Below are positions 17,370 through 34,710 of a stretch of DNA of 64,000 bases, piece after piece. Source of the DNA: Podarcis erhardii (Eukaryota). The stretch lies in NCBI GenBank assembly GCA_964252035.1, contig OZ176213.1, one strand, 5' to 3'. The first letter of the stretch is position 1, and each line of letters starts with the position of its first letter. The notes beneath the pieces are model-generated. The model made no database searches. It had not been told where the DNA came from and was given only the letters and a program-made list of their open reading frames with translations. Both the position numbers and the translations under genes were made by a program.

Positions 17370-20300
17370 ATGGGGCGGAAGCGGCAGCAGCAGCAACGGC
17401 GGCGGCAGCGGCAGCCCCGGCAGGGACCCCCTCACGAGGCCTTCGCGGAGGCGGAGGATGAGGAAGGCCCCGGCGGCGACTCCGGCCCCATCTCGGGCGG
17501 GGACCCGCTCCGCGGCCACTCTTCCTCCTCCCCCGGGAAGGACGCGGCGGCGGCGGCGGGGTCGGCCGAGCCGGAGCCGGGAGGCGGCGAAGTCCGGGCC
17601 TCGCCTTCTCCCCCGCTGGCCATGTGGGACTTGGGCCACTGCGACCCGCGGCGCTGCACGGGGCGGCGGCTGGCAAGGAAGGGGCTGGTGCGGACGCTGC
17701 GCCTGGGCCAGCGCTTCGGAGGCGTCATCCTCAGCCCTGCCGCCTCCCGCTTCGTCTCCCCCGCAGACAGGTGAGCGGGGCCGGCGGAGCTAGGAAGGTG
17801 TTAGAAGAAAAAACTGCTCCCTTTTCCCTGATGAGGTATCCAAGAGCCCGTATAGAATCCTTATGTAGGTTCTCTATCTATCGGTAGAAAATAACAGAGG
17901 CCAAGCAGAGAATATGGAGAAGCAAAGGAGCTAGTAAGCCGGATCTTTATTAAACTGAATGAGTGCTGTTGTGTTCATGCCCTGCCTGCAGGCTTCCCTG
18001 AGGCATCTGTAAGAACAGGCTGGTCCAGCTACAGGGCTGCTTTCTTCTTAGTGCTCATGTGTAGCCTGTAAGACTGATACTTCAGGGTTGAGGTGCATTC
18101 CCAGCCAGTGTTCTTTTTGGGCTTTGTTCAAGTGGATGCTTCCACTAGCTAGTGAGCTGATGAAACTTCACACCTTAGGATCGATGTAATGTTATTCAGA
18201 TTTGTTCAGATTTGGCCACATCCAGTGTCTTCGCATGAGAAGTCTGGCTTGGCGGTTTTGAGCAACTCACATCTGCTATCCTAACTGGATCCCAAAGCAG
18301 CTCCAGTGGAGTGAGAAACCAGCAACATCCTGGTTTGAAATTGCTGTTGCTGTGTTTTTAGACAGATTGTGGCTCAGAATGGAATTGCGGTGATTGACTG
18401 CTCGTGGGCAAAGCTGGATGAGACGCCGTTTGCCAAGATGAAGGGAAGCCATCTCCGCCTGCTGCCCTTTCTGGTGGCTGCAAATCCAGTGAACTACGGC
18501 CGGCCATGCAAACTCTCCTGTGTGGAAGCATTTGCAGCTACTTTCTACATTGTGGGTGAGGCTGGAAAAAAAGCTTGTAGGTCTAATTCTTTGCTGTAAA
18601 GTGGACAGTATGAATACATGCCTGTCTGTGTGCAGCCACGCCTTAGTGTCAAACATATTTCCTTGATGACTGGTACAAGTTTGAAAATGTTCTGGGGGTC
18701 TGTGGCATCTGCTGAGGAATCTGGAGTCTGTTCTCTCCACATTCCCTCCCTTCTTTTGAGCACAGCTATAGGCTTACAGCAAGGTGTATGTGAATGTACA
18801 CATTGCTCAATTACTTTTTAAGAGGGACTTCTGTCTTTATTTTGAGCTACCTGCCTCTGTCCCAACTAACTGATTAATTGGAGAATGTGGCAAGATTTCT
18901 GAGTGATGTTATAAAATTGTCACCATAGGTCTTAACGTACCTCACAATGTCTGGACAGTTTTATCCTAAAGTACCTCTTAATATGTTTCATTAACTGTGT
19001 TGTATTTTGATCCATGTATACGATGCACTTTTTATGCCAATGAAGTAGATAGATAGATAAAAACTTATTTATTTCAGAATGTCACGAGCAACTAGGAGGT
19101 ATGGGGCTGGACAGCTTCTTCGCCTGCAAAGTACCTTGTAATTTTTTTTAAAAATGCAGACTTTCTTGTCTTTATTTTAGGATTCTCTGATCTTGCCACA
19201 ATCCTCTTACAAAAATTTAAATGGGGAAAAGTGTTCCTTGATTTGAATAAAGACCTCCTGGAGAAATATGCAGCCTGTAATTGTGAACAGGAAGTACTGA
19301 AAGTTGAACAAGAGTTTCTGGCTCATGCCCAAGAAAAAGAAAAAAAAGAAATAGGTAAGAACCTACTGACTTTTACTTCTGAGGACCTTTGAGTCTTCTT
19401 AAACAATGCCTTGACATTGCCCTTGTCTCCCCCGCACCTCCATGGTCAGGAAATCAAGTGGTGCTTAGTCAGAAAGCTGCTCCATTCTTCTGGGATGAAC
19501 ATATGGGATCAGTCAGCCACATAACTTGGGTGCCCCCTAGGAGCGTGGGGAATGCCCAGCATAGAACTATACTACATCACCAACAAAGTGTCCCACATAA
19601 TCCCATACATTCTAGAAGACAAGACAAAACAATGAGTACACCTGGAGAGAGACATAATTGAAAATACCTTCACCACAGCTTACCCATTCCTCCCCAAAAA
19701 ACTAAGGAAAATCCCCACAACACTAAACAGGTTCACACAGACCATGCTTAAAGGAAGGAAGGAAGAAGCAAGTAAACTGTCCTCAAACCCATCCCCACTA
19801 ATCCCCCATAGTGGGCACACCATCCACTATTGCACCACGCAGCACAAAACCTCTAGATAAAAACCTGAGAAGCCAAAGGCTTATACCGCCTAGCAGACTT
19901 CTACAAAAATAACAAACCCATATCTATGCAAGAAATACAAGACAAACTAGGGGACACCGAAATGCCCTGGGCTAACACACCACTAATTACATGCCCTTTT
20001 AAATAATCCAGTAGTAAAATGAGCAGCGACTAGGCCCTTGACAGCCTTCAAAAACCTCCTCCTAACAACAAAGGGCTACAATATACAAAATACTGCTCCA
20101 AAATCCCACAAACCCCCTCAACGTAATTAGAAAACAATGATTCAACATTTGTTGTTGGAAAAGTGAAATACAAGTATTAAATCACCTCAACTCAACATTT
20201 AGAGCTTTGTTATGGCAACACTAACACCTTGAGTTAGGCCTAGTAGCTCACTGTCAGCCAGTGATACTGGTCTTCTCTGATGCAGTAATTATTGTCAATA

Positions 20301-20936
20301 TAAAGTCTCTGCCCATCTCCCCTGCCCTCAGAGACCACACCAGCTGGACTAACAAACCAACCCCACGCTCCCAAGTTATCTACCATCAACTGCCTGTGGC
20401 AATTACTATTGGCATTGTACTGGTAAATTATTGTATATTGATTTTACTTTTAAGTCATCTTGGAATGATTTGCATTCTGAAAGATGGGATGTAACTGCAT
20501 ACATATGGTTCTAGAGAAGAAAAAACTTGGAACAATAGCTTACCATCCTGCTTTTTTCTCTCCACAGACCCCTTTGATATTGACTCTGGAAAAGAGTTTT
20601 TTAATCCCAACAGGCCTGCCAGAACTTCAGGGTAAGATCTTCAGGTTTGCAATCCTAAACCCACCAGGGAACAGGTCCATTTAGTGGGGCTTACTTCTGA
20701 GTTGACATAGCAGTAGTGTCTCATTTTCCTTTTCCTTCTTGGTTTGTATTACACTGATCTCCATTCATAGAATAACTGCTGGTGATGAAAGTTCCGATGA
20801 AGAAACATCTGATGAGGATGAGGATGATGATGCTGGAAAGAGTAGCAGCTCAGAGGACCTTAATGCAACATGTGCTGCACACAGCAAGCCAGCTGTGTGG
20901 GAGAAAACTAAAAACAAACCAAGGTTCCAATCCTGA
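17370..20936 (+). CDS. TSR3: 18S rRNA aminocarboxypropyltransferase TSR3 (complete, 5 coding exons)
   Basis: Exons 17370-17770 (MGRKR...[21 protein letters not shown]...SPADR), 18362-18555 ([15 protein letters not shown]...[12 protein letters not shown]), 19181-19354, 20568-20631, 20771-20936 (acidic tail, TGA). Phases are consistent across all introns. Confidence 0.95.
19420..20160 (+). mobile_element. Degenerate L1/Tx1-like LINE ORF2 fragment in TSR3 intron 3
   Basis: Strong A/C skew on +; broken frame containing [12 protein letters not shown] preceded by a G-rich stretch, resembling the L1/Tx1 GGLGLPNLxxYY motif downstream of RT. Confidence 0.45.
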
Positions 20937-21013
20937 GCATTCTTACAAGGAAGTAAGTCCCATTGAACTCAGTGATGGGGTTTGCTTTTAAATAAAGCCT
21001 GTCTAGGATTGGG
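20927..21013. repeat. Short palindromic (MITE-like) repeat overlapping the TSR3 stop codon
   Basis: Inverted termini ccaatcct / aggattgg and inner arms aagtaagtcccat / atggggtttgctt; a similar copy is at 53047-53132. Confidence 0.7.
20991..20996 (+). terminator. Candidate TSR3 poly(A) signal
   Basis: First AATAAA after the stop codon (54 nt downstream); lies inside a palindromic repeat. Confidence 0.55.
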
Positions 21014-22149
21014 CTTGACTGCACTTTGCTCTGGTGAGTCCAGTGGGTTAAGAAGATATACAGGGTTGGTTGTGAACCTTCTTCTGTGGATAGCAGTCCC
21101 CACTTACTGCTAGCAAATGGGGCCTCACCGTCTCTCTTCTGCTGTAGTGGCCATACACTGCAACTGTGGCACGCTTTTAAATCACCATTTCAGCTAGTTT
21201 CTACTAGTAGAATATGTTGTGATGTTGGAAGGAAATAAACTGGGTGAGGTTCCCTGAAAGTAACGCCTCCGCCTCTCAATTCAGTGCCTCTCCTGATACC
21301 CAAGAGAGGCTTTGGCCTGGTGGCTTGGAATGCAGATGCTGAATGAGAAGCTCCAGCTGAGATGGGCAGGCACCCTGACCCTTCTTCTTATACTGCTGAG
21401 GGTGAAGAACACAAGGGACTACCTTGCTGGAGCAAGGCCAGACTCCACACACACATCCCTCCATCCTCCTCCAGTGAGCTGCCTCTTGGGGATCAGATGG
21501 TAGCAAAACAAAGGTGGCTGAAATTGTAGTGTTACAAAAGCACCCCAAGCCCATTGCAGTATTTAACCTGTGTCACTTGTGCCTTGATAAAAAAAAATTT
21601 CTCACTTTTCAGGCAAGAGGAAAGATGAAACTGCACTCTAAGTTTCCTTAGGTCACCAGTGGGGGGTGGGACAGTAGCCAATGAGATTATCACCAGGATA
21701 ATGAAGCTACTGGGTCTGACACATGCATTTTCAACCCTTCAGTCTCTTATTGTCCAGCTAAAGGGATGCTTTGATTTGAAGGAAGGAAATCCTTATATGG
21801 CAATGTTGAAAAGCATATATCCCTGCCCCCAACATGTATATTCATGGGAGTGGAATAAACACTAATGTACCAAACTTTGGTTAGTTTGTCCTTTCATCCT
21901 ATTAAGCCAAGCAGCCAAATGATGTGCTATTGTATGTTGGATGCTTGAATACAGCAGTATGGTCACATGGAACTAACTACCGGTGGCTTTTCAAGATCTC
22001 ACACAGATCTTTTTTAACTCCTGCTGCCTGGAATGACCATGGCATGATATCTCTCCCAAAGCTATTGAATGCCCGCAAGAGAGGTCACTCCAAAAGTGAC
22101 AAGTATATTAAAGGAAGAAAGTGAGACAAAAAAGCTTTATAGAAACAAG

Positions 22150-22155
22150 TTTATT
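22150..22155 (-). terminator. Candidate UBE2I poly(A) signal
   Basis: TTTATT on +, about 560 nt after the stop, at the end of an AU-rich UTR-like segment; another at 22265-22270. Confidence 0.55.
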
Positions 22156-22715
22156 TACTCTAAACAGCAACACAGACAAAACGCCATAAACACAAAGGAA
22201 GTGATGCAGAATCAAGATGCTGGCTGACTTTGGATCTGGAGGCTTTTAAGCAACAACAACCTAATTTATTATTGGTAGAAATCAAAAAAGGGGTGGAGGG
22301 CATGTTTTTCTTTTTCTTCTTACAGCCAAGTAGAGGCAAAATATACTTCTAAACAGTTTAAAGCATGCCTGCATCAGAAAGCAAAGAAACTAGAGATACT
22401 AGTGAATTTATAGAAGTATAAAAGTTTATAGTTTTACAGCAGTTGAAATACTGACATCAATATTAAAATAAAAGCAAGTTTTACATAACAATCAAAAATA
22501 CAAAAGACTGAAGGAAGAGACCCTGTATGAAAAAACGGGGGGCAATTCAGCAAATTTAGAACTGTATACAAGTGGCGAATATGGAAAATGGCACACATAC
22601 AATCCCCTCCCCTAAGTGACTATTAATTGTACATAGTGACAATAGATTTGCAAAAGTTTTGTAAACAAGTTCTTGCCAATTAATCCCTTCCTTTAAGATG
22701 CTGGATGACAGGAGC

Positions 22716-27899
<5,184 letters not shown>

Positions 27900-27906
<7 letters not shown>

Positions 27907-29300
27907 ATTCAAGGTCCTTCTGCAAGACAAAACAGATGCCAGTCAGGGCAGCTGAAGTTTTCCGCATCGCCGCCACCGAATGGGCCGCAAAAAACCGTCT
28001 TGGGACGACTTTGCCGCCGCCGCAGCCCCGGAAACTGTCAGCTTTCCCGACGAGGCGGGAGGGGGAAGAGAAAGAAGGATCCCAGGACCCTGAGCCTCTC
28101 CCCTCTCGCCGGGCGCTGCTGCTGCTGCTGCTTCCCGCAGGCCGCCGCCTCCTCCCTCCCCAAGTCCAATAACCGGGCGGGCGGGCGGAGGGAGGGAGGA
28201 GGTCGGAGGAGTACCGCGGCCTAGGAGTCCCGCGCGAGCCCTAGGAGCATCGCCGCCGCCGCCGCCGCCGCCGCAGGAAGGCCCGGTCCGGCCCCGGAGC
28301 AACCCGCCCCGCCTCGGCGGAACACGGCTATGGGCCCGGCCCGGCCTTCTCCTCGCCCCGGAGGCGGAGCGCGAGCAGCCAGGCCTGACCTTGAGGGACC
28401 AGCGGGAGCCCCGGGAGGAGGCCGAGAAGGCGGCCGTTCCGCGGGCTGAGAGGCCTCCGCCGCGCGTTTCCCTCTCCGCCTCCGGGCTGCCTCTAGGCCC
28501 AGTCCGCCGCCGCCTCCTCCGCTTCCCGCTCGTGCCCGCGGCCTCTTCCTAGGCGTCTTCCCGCCAAAGGCCTCACCGTGTAGCGGCCGCAGCAGCAGCT
28601 CCCGCGCGTGTCCCGGATTCAGGCGACGGCGGCGGCGGGGAATGACCCGGATGTTCCCTACTCGCCTCCCCCCCTTTTGTCTCAAGCCTGGACTTTCCCT
28701 CGCAGGAAGCGGAGCGCGTCGGCGCAGCCTGTCCCTCGGCGCGACCCGTCCGCCAAACGGCGCCTGCGCGGTGCGCGCGCACTTCACCGCCACAGCCAGG
28801 CCGGGAAGCTCAGAGCGGGCCGACTCTGCGCGGGTAGAGTAGGTGGTTCTGCCCAGGGGCGGAGCGAACTCCCCGCCAATCCACGGAGCTGGGCAACCGG
28901 TGATCCCACCTCTGGGGGGTGGGGCTGGTTGCCATGATGACAGGAGTCGCTCTGAGAACCCGGATGGGGCTCGACTGCCCCTCCCCTTCCTCCCCATTGG
29001 AGCTTGGCTGGGAAGCTCCGCCCCCACAGCGGGCCACACGTGGAGAACACCGGGGCAATCCTGCCAGATGAGGGAGGATAATAAAAAAAATATGTAAGAC
29101 ATGTAGTAGTAGTAATGCTGCGAGGCCAAGATGCGACCCTCCCTGCGCGACCAGAGCTGAAAAACCGTCTTGGGTGGGTTGGCTGGAGCAGCAAGGTTGG
29201 AAGCCGTACTCCAGCTGCGCCCTGAAGAGGCTGGGACACCGCTCCGACACCGCCCAGCAAGCGCAGCCCGAGAAACCAAGACCCACAACGGCAGCTTTGT
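27900..29300 (-). promoter_or_regulatory. CpG island / promoter of UBE2I
   Basis: Dense CpG and GC boxes upstream of the first coding exon; CCAAT near 28875; GGAAG ETS-like cores. Boundaries approximate. Confidence 0.8.
28577..28720 (-). other. UBE2I: Probable non-coding first exon of UBE2I (5' end approximate)
   Basis: Strong minus-strand donor ACG|gtgagg at 28577/28576 within the CpG island. The exon 2 acceptor at 27919 lies 13 nt before the ATG. A weaker alternative donor (CGG|gtactc) is at 28215. Confidence 0.5.
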
Positions 29301-29313
29301 TAGAAAGGAGACG

Positions 29314-29319
29314 TTTATT
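29314..29319 (-). terminator. Candidate distal KCTD5 poly(A) signal
   Basis: Minus strand reads tgtaaagtgcatgaAATAAAcgtctcc at the end of an AU-rich stretch directly abutting the UBE2I CpG island; a proximal candidate is at 34357-34362. Confidence 0.45.
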
Positions 29320-31189
29320 TCATGCACTTTACAAGGAGCGAGTGTAACGAAACTTTTCTTTAAAACATCCACACATATCAGTAATATATTTGTTCCAGAA
29401 GTGACACATCCACCTGAAAACGAACTGGAGATGCCTCGAGAGGGACTCCTCTAAGAAATCTTTCATTTTGTTCTGCTCACAGCCAGGCCAAAAGTACAGA
29501 GGTGGGGAAGGGTGCAATGCCAGGTGTCAAACTGCTGTAAAAAGTACTCTTCAAAGATAAAGAACTGGTGCAAAAAAGAACTATTGCTAATCCACTGTCT
29601 GGAAGATAAGATTGTACCACATTTTTTTTTTAAATGATGTAATTGCTTCCCCCACCCTGGCAGAAAGCAAACAGGTGGGTTGGAGGGGAGGCACAGGAAG
29701 AGCCTAATTTCAAACCAGCCTCTCCTCATCAATGTTTTAAACGGTCAACCTTTCCAGAGCACAGAGGAAGGCAGAGTGATGATCTCACCTCTCCTGTTGG
29801 TTGGTCTACCTGGGAAGTTTTAATGTAGGAAGAACCCTCCTGGATCAGACCAAAAGGCAACCAAGTGCCCTTCCTGGGAAGCCCTCATACTTGTATTCAA
29901 AGGCACAGGAGTGCCTCTGCTCATGGATGCACTACACAGCCCCCCTGACTAGTAGTAGCAATAATTCTAGGTTTGTAGTTATGTTTTAAAAAGTAAAGCA
30001 TGCATCAAGTATTCGGATTTGCTTCCTGTCCAGGTGCACAGAAAATCTAGTCCTTTGTAAGCACAGTGAAAACGCTGCCTTTGATAAACTTGGCCCCAAG
30101 CAATGACCTGTTTTCTACCCTATGGAAGGACAGAAAACACACTTTCCCACACATGACATTTCAGTTTTGTAAACGATGGAGTGTTCACAAGCAAATGCAT
30201 CTTCTTGATTACGGCCCCACTGAGATGCAAGCAAACTTTCATTAACTTGCATTCAAGTTCTGTGGAAAGGCCAGCCCTTGACATTCCTACTGCTTGACAA
30301 TTACAGCCAGGTAGCCCTTTCAGCCCTCATTTTTGGAGCAAGTTGTCACAAAGCTTGAGGCACCCATGTTTCCCTAAGTAAATGCATTACCAAATCTTAA
30401 ACGGCAGCTTTAAAGCAAGATTCAGAGATGGCCAAGATAGTGAAGGAGCACAGAATAAGCAAAGAACCACTTCAAGGCTTGTTTCAAATCCATTTTCTGT
30501 TTGCAAGCAGGTAAAGTAGCCCAGGCTGTAAAAAATATCTTAGTTCAGCAACAGCACTAAAAATGGAATTTGAAGGAAGGTCCAAGAAGTAGACAAATGA
30601 CTAAACTTGGACTACAGCCTTTCAAAGGAACTCAATTTCTCCTTGAATTCAGGTGTTAACTCACATGCAGGGAACTACTGGTTTTAAGCAAGAGGGAGTC
30701 CATGCATCTCTTTCTAATGCCATACCAGTCCTACCCTCTGACGGTGACTGATTTTGGCTGTCTGCAAGGGAACCCCTACATACAAGTAGCAATTGCACAG
30801 AATCCCTGATGGTGTGGATGTCCTATGTCTGAGCATAGTTTGGCCCTAGTCCTATATCAGTGCGCAAGATCATTTGCTCCAGAGACCAGCATACTATCAG
30901 AAAGAACCTTGAAATAAAACAGAGGCAACAGCTGCCACGCCTGGGGTAGGAGAGCATGTGAATGTTTGGCAACACTCAACTTTGTTAAGTGGTAGCTCTG
31001 ACAGTGAGAAAGGAGTGTTCTCCCTTCCACCCTCTACAAGGACACAGCAGGCCTCGGGTCGATCTCTCCTCTTGCGACAAAAGCAATTTTCTCTACTCAT
31101 TCTACCCACCTTTTACTAAAATATGTGAGAGTCAGGGAATGGCAGCATCCGGGTGTCAGGCCATGGTTGTATGTGTGCCTCTAAACTTA

Positions 31190-31508
31190 CAGTGGTGCCC
31201 CGCAAGACGAACGCCTCGCAAGATGGAAAACCCGCTAGACGAAAGGGTTTTCCGTTTTGGAGGCGCTTCGCAAAACAAATTTCCCTATGGGCTTGCTTCG
31301 CAAGACGAAATGTCTTGCGAGTTCCTGCGAGTTTTTTCCTTTTCCCCCCCTTTTCCTAAGCCGCTAAACCGCTTATCAGCTGATCCGCTAAAAGCCGCTA
31401 AACCGCTAATAGCGCTAAGCTGTCAATGGGCTTGCTTCGCAAGACGAACAAACCGCTATACGAAGAGCCTGACGGAATGGATTAATTTCGTCTTGTGAGG
31501 CACCACTG
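31190..31508. mobile_element. pogo/Tigger-like MITE (same TIR family as 24126-24455)
   Basis: TIRs cagtggtgccccgcaagacgaa / ttcgtcttgtgaggcaccactg; TA on both flanks. Confidence 0.92.
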
Positions 31509-34500
31509 TATCTTTCTTGCAGGGGAAAGTGTCTGAAATGGGGTATGTTTTTTCCAGACTAAATGACAGCTTATGGCAGCAAGGGATGGGACAGACAAGA
31601 CAGAAAGTTGCATGGCTAAATGAGCACAGATGTAACTGAAGCATCTATTTCTTTTGTTGTCAGGCATCATTGCAGGGCCTCTTGCACCTTGAGAATCAAT
31701 GATCTCCTCGGGGGGGGCCTTTAAAGGCCTCTCCCCACCCCCTTTTAAATAAATAATTGACATTTCTTTTAAAAAACTGAGTAAAATGAAGGCAAAGCTG
31801 AGGCTAAACTACAGCTGAGCAGTGCAACAAAAGCTGTCTGTGTCCACTTTAGTATTTCAGTGGGAATGGGAAAGTTTGCCTTTTTAAGCTGCTGAAATCT
31901 GTCCACTTCTCCAAGGGGGGGGGGGGGAGAATGTAATTTGCAGAATGCATAGAGACACTAACACACTGAAGTGAGGAAAGTGGCAAGTGACTGAAAGGAG
32001 CACCTGTTCTCTCCCCTTAAAGAACGTGAGCAAAGAAGCAGAAGGCACCTGGGTAGCCCTTCACCTGCTGTCCTCTACACTTCATGGTATAGGGTTTTTG
32101 GTACAATCTAAAATTTGTACCAAAGAAAGTGATATTCTGCAGTGCCAGTTTAAATACTTCCCCTAATTTCTAAAAGATACCTGGCTTCCAAGTTTCAGGA
32201 GCCTACAGACAAGTAACAAAGGGAAAAGGAGAGAATAAAAGGCCTGAGGGGGCAGTTCTGGGAGACAGAAGCAGAGCCACAAAGGATAGGAAAGCCTAGT
32301 CTGGCACCCACTTGCTTTCTGAGCTCTCCTCTCACTGCCTACATTACCCATCACGAGAGCAAGAAACCTGTATTTTTTCTTAAGCCAACAATGGAAGCTG
32401 AGGTTCTCAACATGCTAAGCTTTATACCACAGACCACATTCCACAATCATGAAGAATACAAAAAGATTCCACACTTGCAAGGTTAAATCCTAGGATGCAA
32501 CTTAAATTTCATACTGTTCAACATGCTAAAACTTTTTCTGTGTTCAGTAAGAAGCCAAACCAATGCAGAGAGAAAACCTTGCCTGCAGCCAAAATTATCA
32601 CCCTGACAGACGCTGGCTTCAGCCCCTTCCAAAGTGTCTCCTGATGCTTTCTGGCTTTAAAGTCAGAGGGAGAACAAGAGGAACATCAAAAATCCCCTCC
32701 TCCAAGGACATAAGGGGACAGTGGCAGCAAGGTGGGAAATCCCACCCCAAAGCAGCAAACACGTTCACTGGCCACTTGATGGACAGAGTGGCTGCTTCTG
32801 TGCTCCACCTCCTTCCACTCACCATGTTTTGCTGCTGCCCCCTCTCAAGCCTGAAATTTGTGTCAGTCAAATCCTTTGCTACTTACAGCAAAAACATTCA
32901 AAGGCAGTTTCTGGACAGGCATGTGCACCACCTTTAAGGAAAGGCTGTTTGGAGATGGAGGCCTTTCAAGTCAGCCACTCAGACTGCCCTGGCAGAATGC
33001 GTCACAGTAACGGTGGGGCCTGAAGGAGAACAAGGCCTGTTCAGCCAATTCAAGAGCCATCTTTGCATCTGCATATATGTGTGCATGCACACACACATGC
33101 ACACGCAGACACACTCGCAGTAACATTTCTTTCTACGTACACGAAATGTGATCTCTTAGCACATTGGCGTTCGCTTTACAGTAATCAAACACAAGATGCC
33201 TAAAAAAGTATAAAAGTAGAAACATTTCACCCTTCAGAAGAATTACATTTTAGTAAATTCATTTCAATGCTAACATCTTAAAAAAGACAAACGGATTACT
33301 CAATGTTGAGGAGGGCCTTGCAACTTTCTGTGCAGACCAGTCTCCATGGCAAAAGACAAATGGCCCACTTGCTGATCTACTGGGCAGAAAAGGTTTGCCA
33401 AAAACCAGATAAAAAATGCAGGCAGACAAGGGATGCTCAGGATTGTGAGGACTCCACACATCTGAATGGAAAAGGAAGGGGTGTGTATACACACAGCTTC
33501 TGTGAGTAGCTTAATGAAAGTTAAAATATAGGTAGCATGTTAAGAGAGCCTCAGACAAGCAAGGGCTCCTCTCTGTGCTCTATGAAGCAGAGAGATCTGT
33601 ATATACTCCTTTAAACCTATTTTCAAAAGACATGCTAATGGTTTCATTTAAACACAGTACACTAAAAAGCTCCAGTTGTGTTTCTTCACATTTACCACAA
33701 GCCTCTCTCAATGAAACCACAAGTGTTATTGACAGTACTTGCCAAACATCAGAAGGAACTGCATAGATAAGAGAATGTAGAAATGACTGTAAACATCTGT
33801 TAAAGAATCACAATAATTCCTGCCTTCAGCTGCACAAACTCTGATGCTTTTGAGCACAGAGATTCTCATTCCCAGCCTTCATGATGGAGCACCCATGAAG
33901 ACTCAACCCCCATGTCTATCTTCAGTGCTGTAAGTCCACGGGGGTAGCAATACTTGCAGGCATTTCTAAAAACAAAGAACGCAACTTTGGTGTGTGTGTG
34001 TGTGTGTGTTTTTCGTGTGTGCACACATGTGTGCAAGGCAAGGTATTTGCCATATTATTTTTGTTTAACTGGGGCTTCAATCCTAAAGCGTAGCTAAAAT
34101 TGGAGGTTAACCTTTGCAGGAGCAAGTTACCTGGAGAGGAAGGCTGTCCCTAGAGATGTGGGCAAAATAAGACCTTCTTCCCAAGAAGAGAATACCCTCT
34201 GGGTACTGAAGCAAGCAGGGTCGGGAGGGGGAAGAAGATGCACCCCTCCCTTAGTCTGGGCGAGTGCATTCTTACAATAGATCCCCAAGGAATGTACAGC
34301 AGCCGCCACAGTCAACTGGAGCTGCTTAAGGATGTCTGCCCACATGTGGGCTGTAATTTATTCATAGCACCAAGTATGTTGACCTTGAACTGCCTACAAT
34401 TATTAAAACCCAAATTGTTTCCCTACAATCAGCAAAGCATCGCTATATCTCTTCGGAAGGAAAGCATAGAGTGAAGTCAAATCTTCTTTCCATGGGATTA

Positions 34501-34710
34501 AGATCAGCACAACCGGGCACCAGAGCCAACACAACCCCTCTTGCTGAAGGCAGGCATCTGCAAGCAGCCAGCTCCAGCTGCAGCACCACCTTCAGGGTTC
34601 AAAATCCAGAACTACAGAAATGGTCTGAACAAGCGACATCCTCTTGGTGCCAAGCCTCTTCGTGTGGCAATGCAAAGGAAAACTTGTCAGCATTCAATAC
34701 TGGGGCAGAG

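Noticed and set aside
17827-17880. CTGATGA boxes (also near 18158, 36552, 58210) as hammerhead ribozyme cores or C/D snoRNA C boxes
   Set aside because: No correctly spaced GAAA with stem II, and no D box with a terminal stem.
19420-20160. A/C-skewed stretch resembling a mitochondrial insertion (NUMT)
   Set aside because: No recognisable mitochondrial gene or tRNA; an L1/Tx1-like peptide motif explains it better. A BLAST search would settle it.
28221-29372. 383-aa minus-strand ORF and overlapping ORFs across the UBE2I CpG island
   Set aside because: Low-complexity Arg/Gly/Ala/Pro product with no recognisable domain; stop codons are naturally rare in GC-rich islands.
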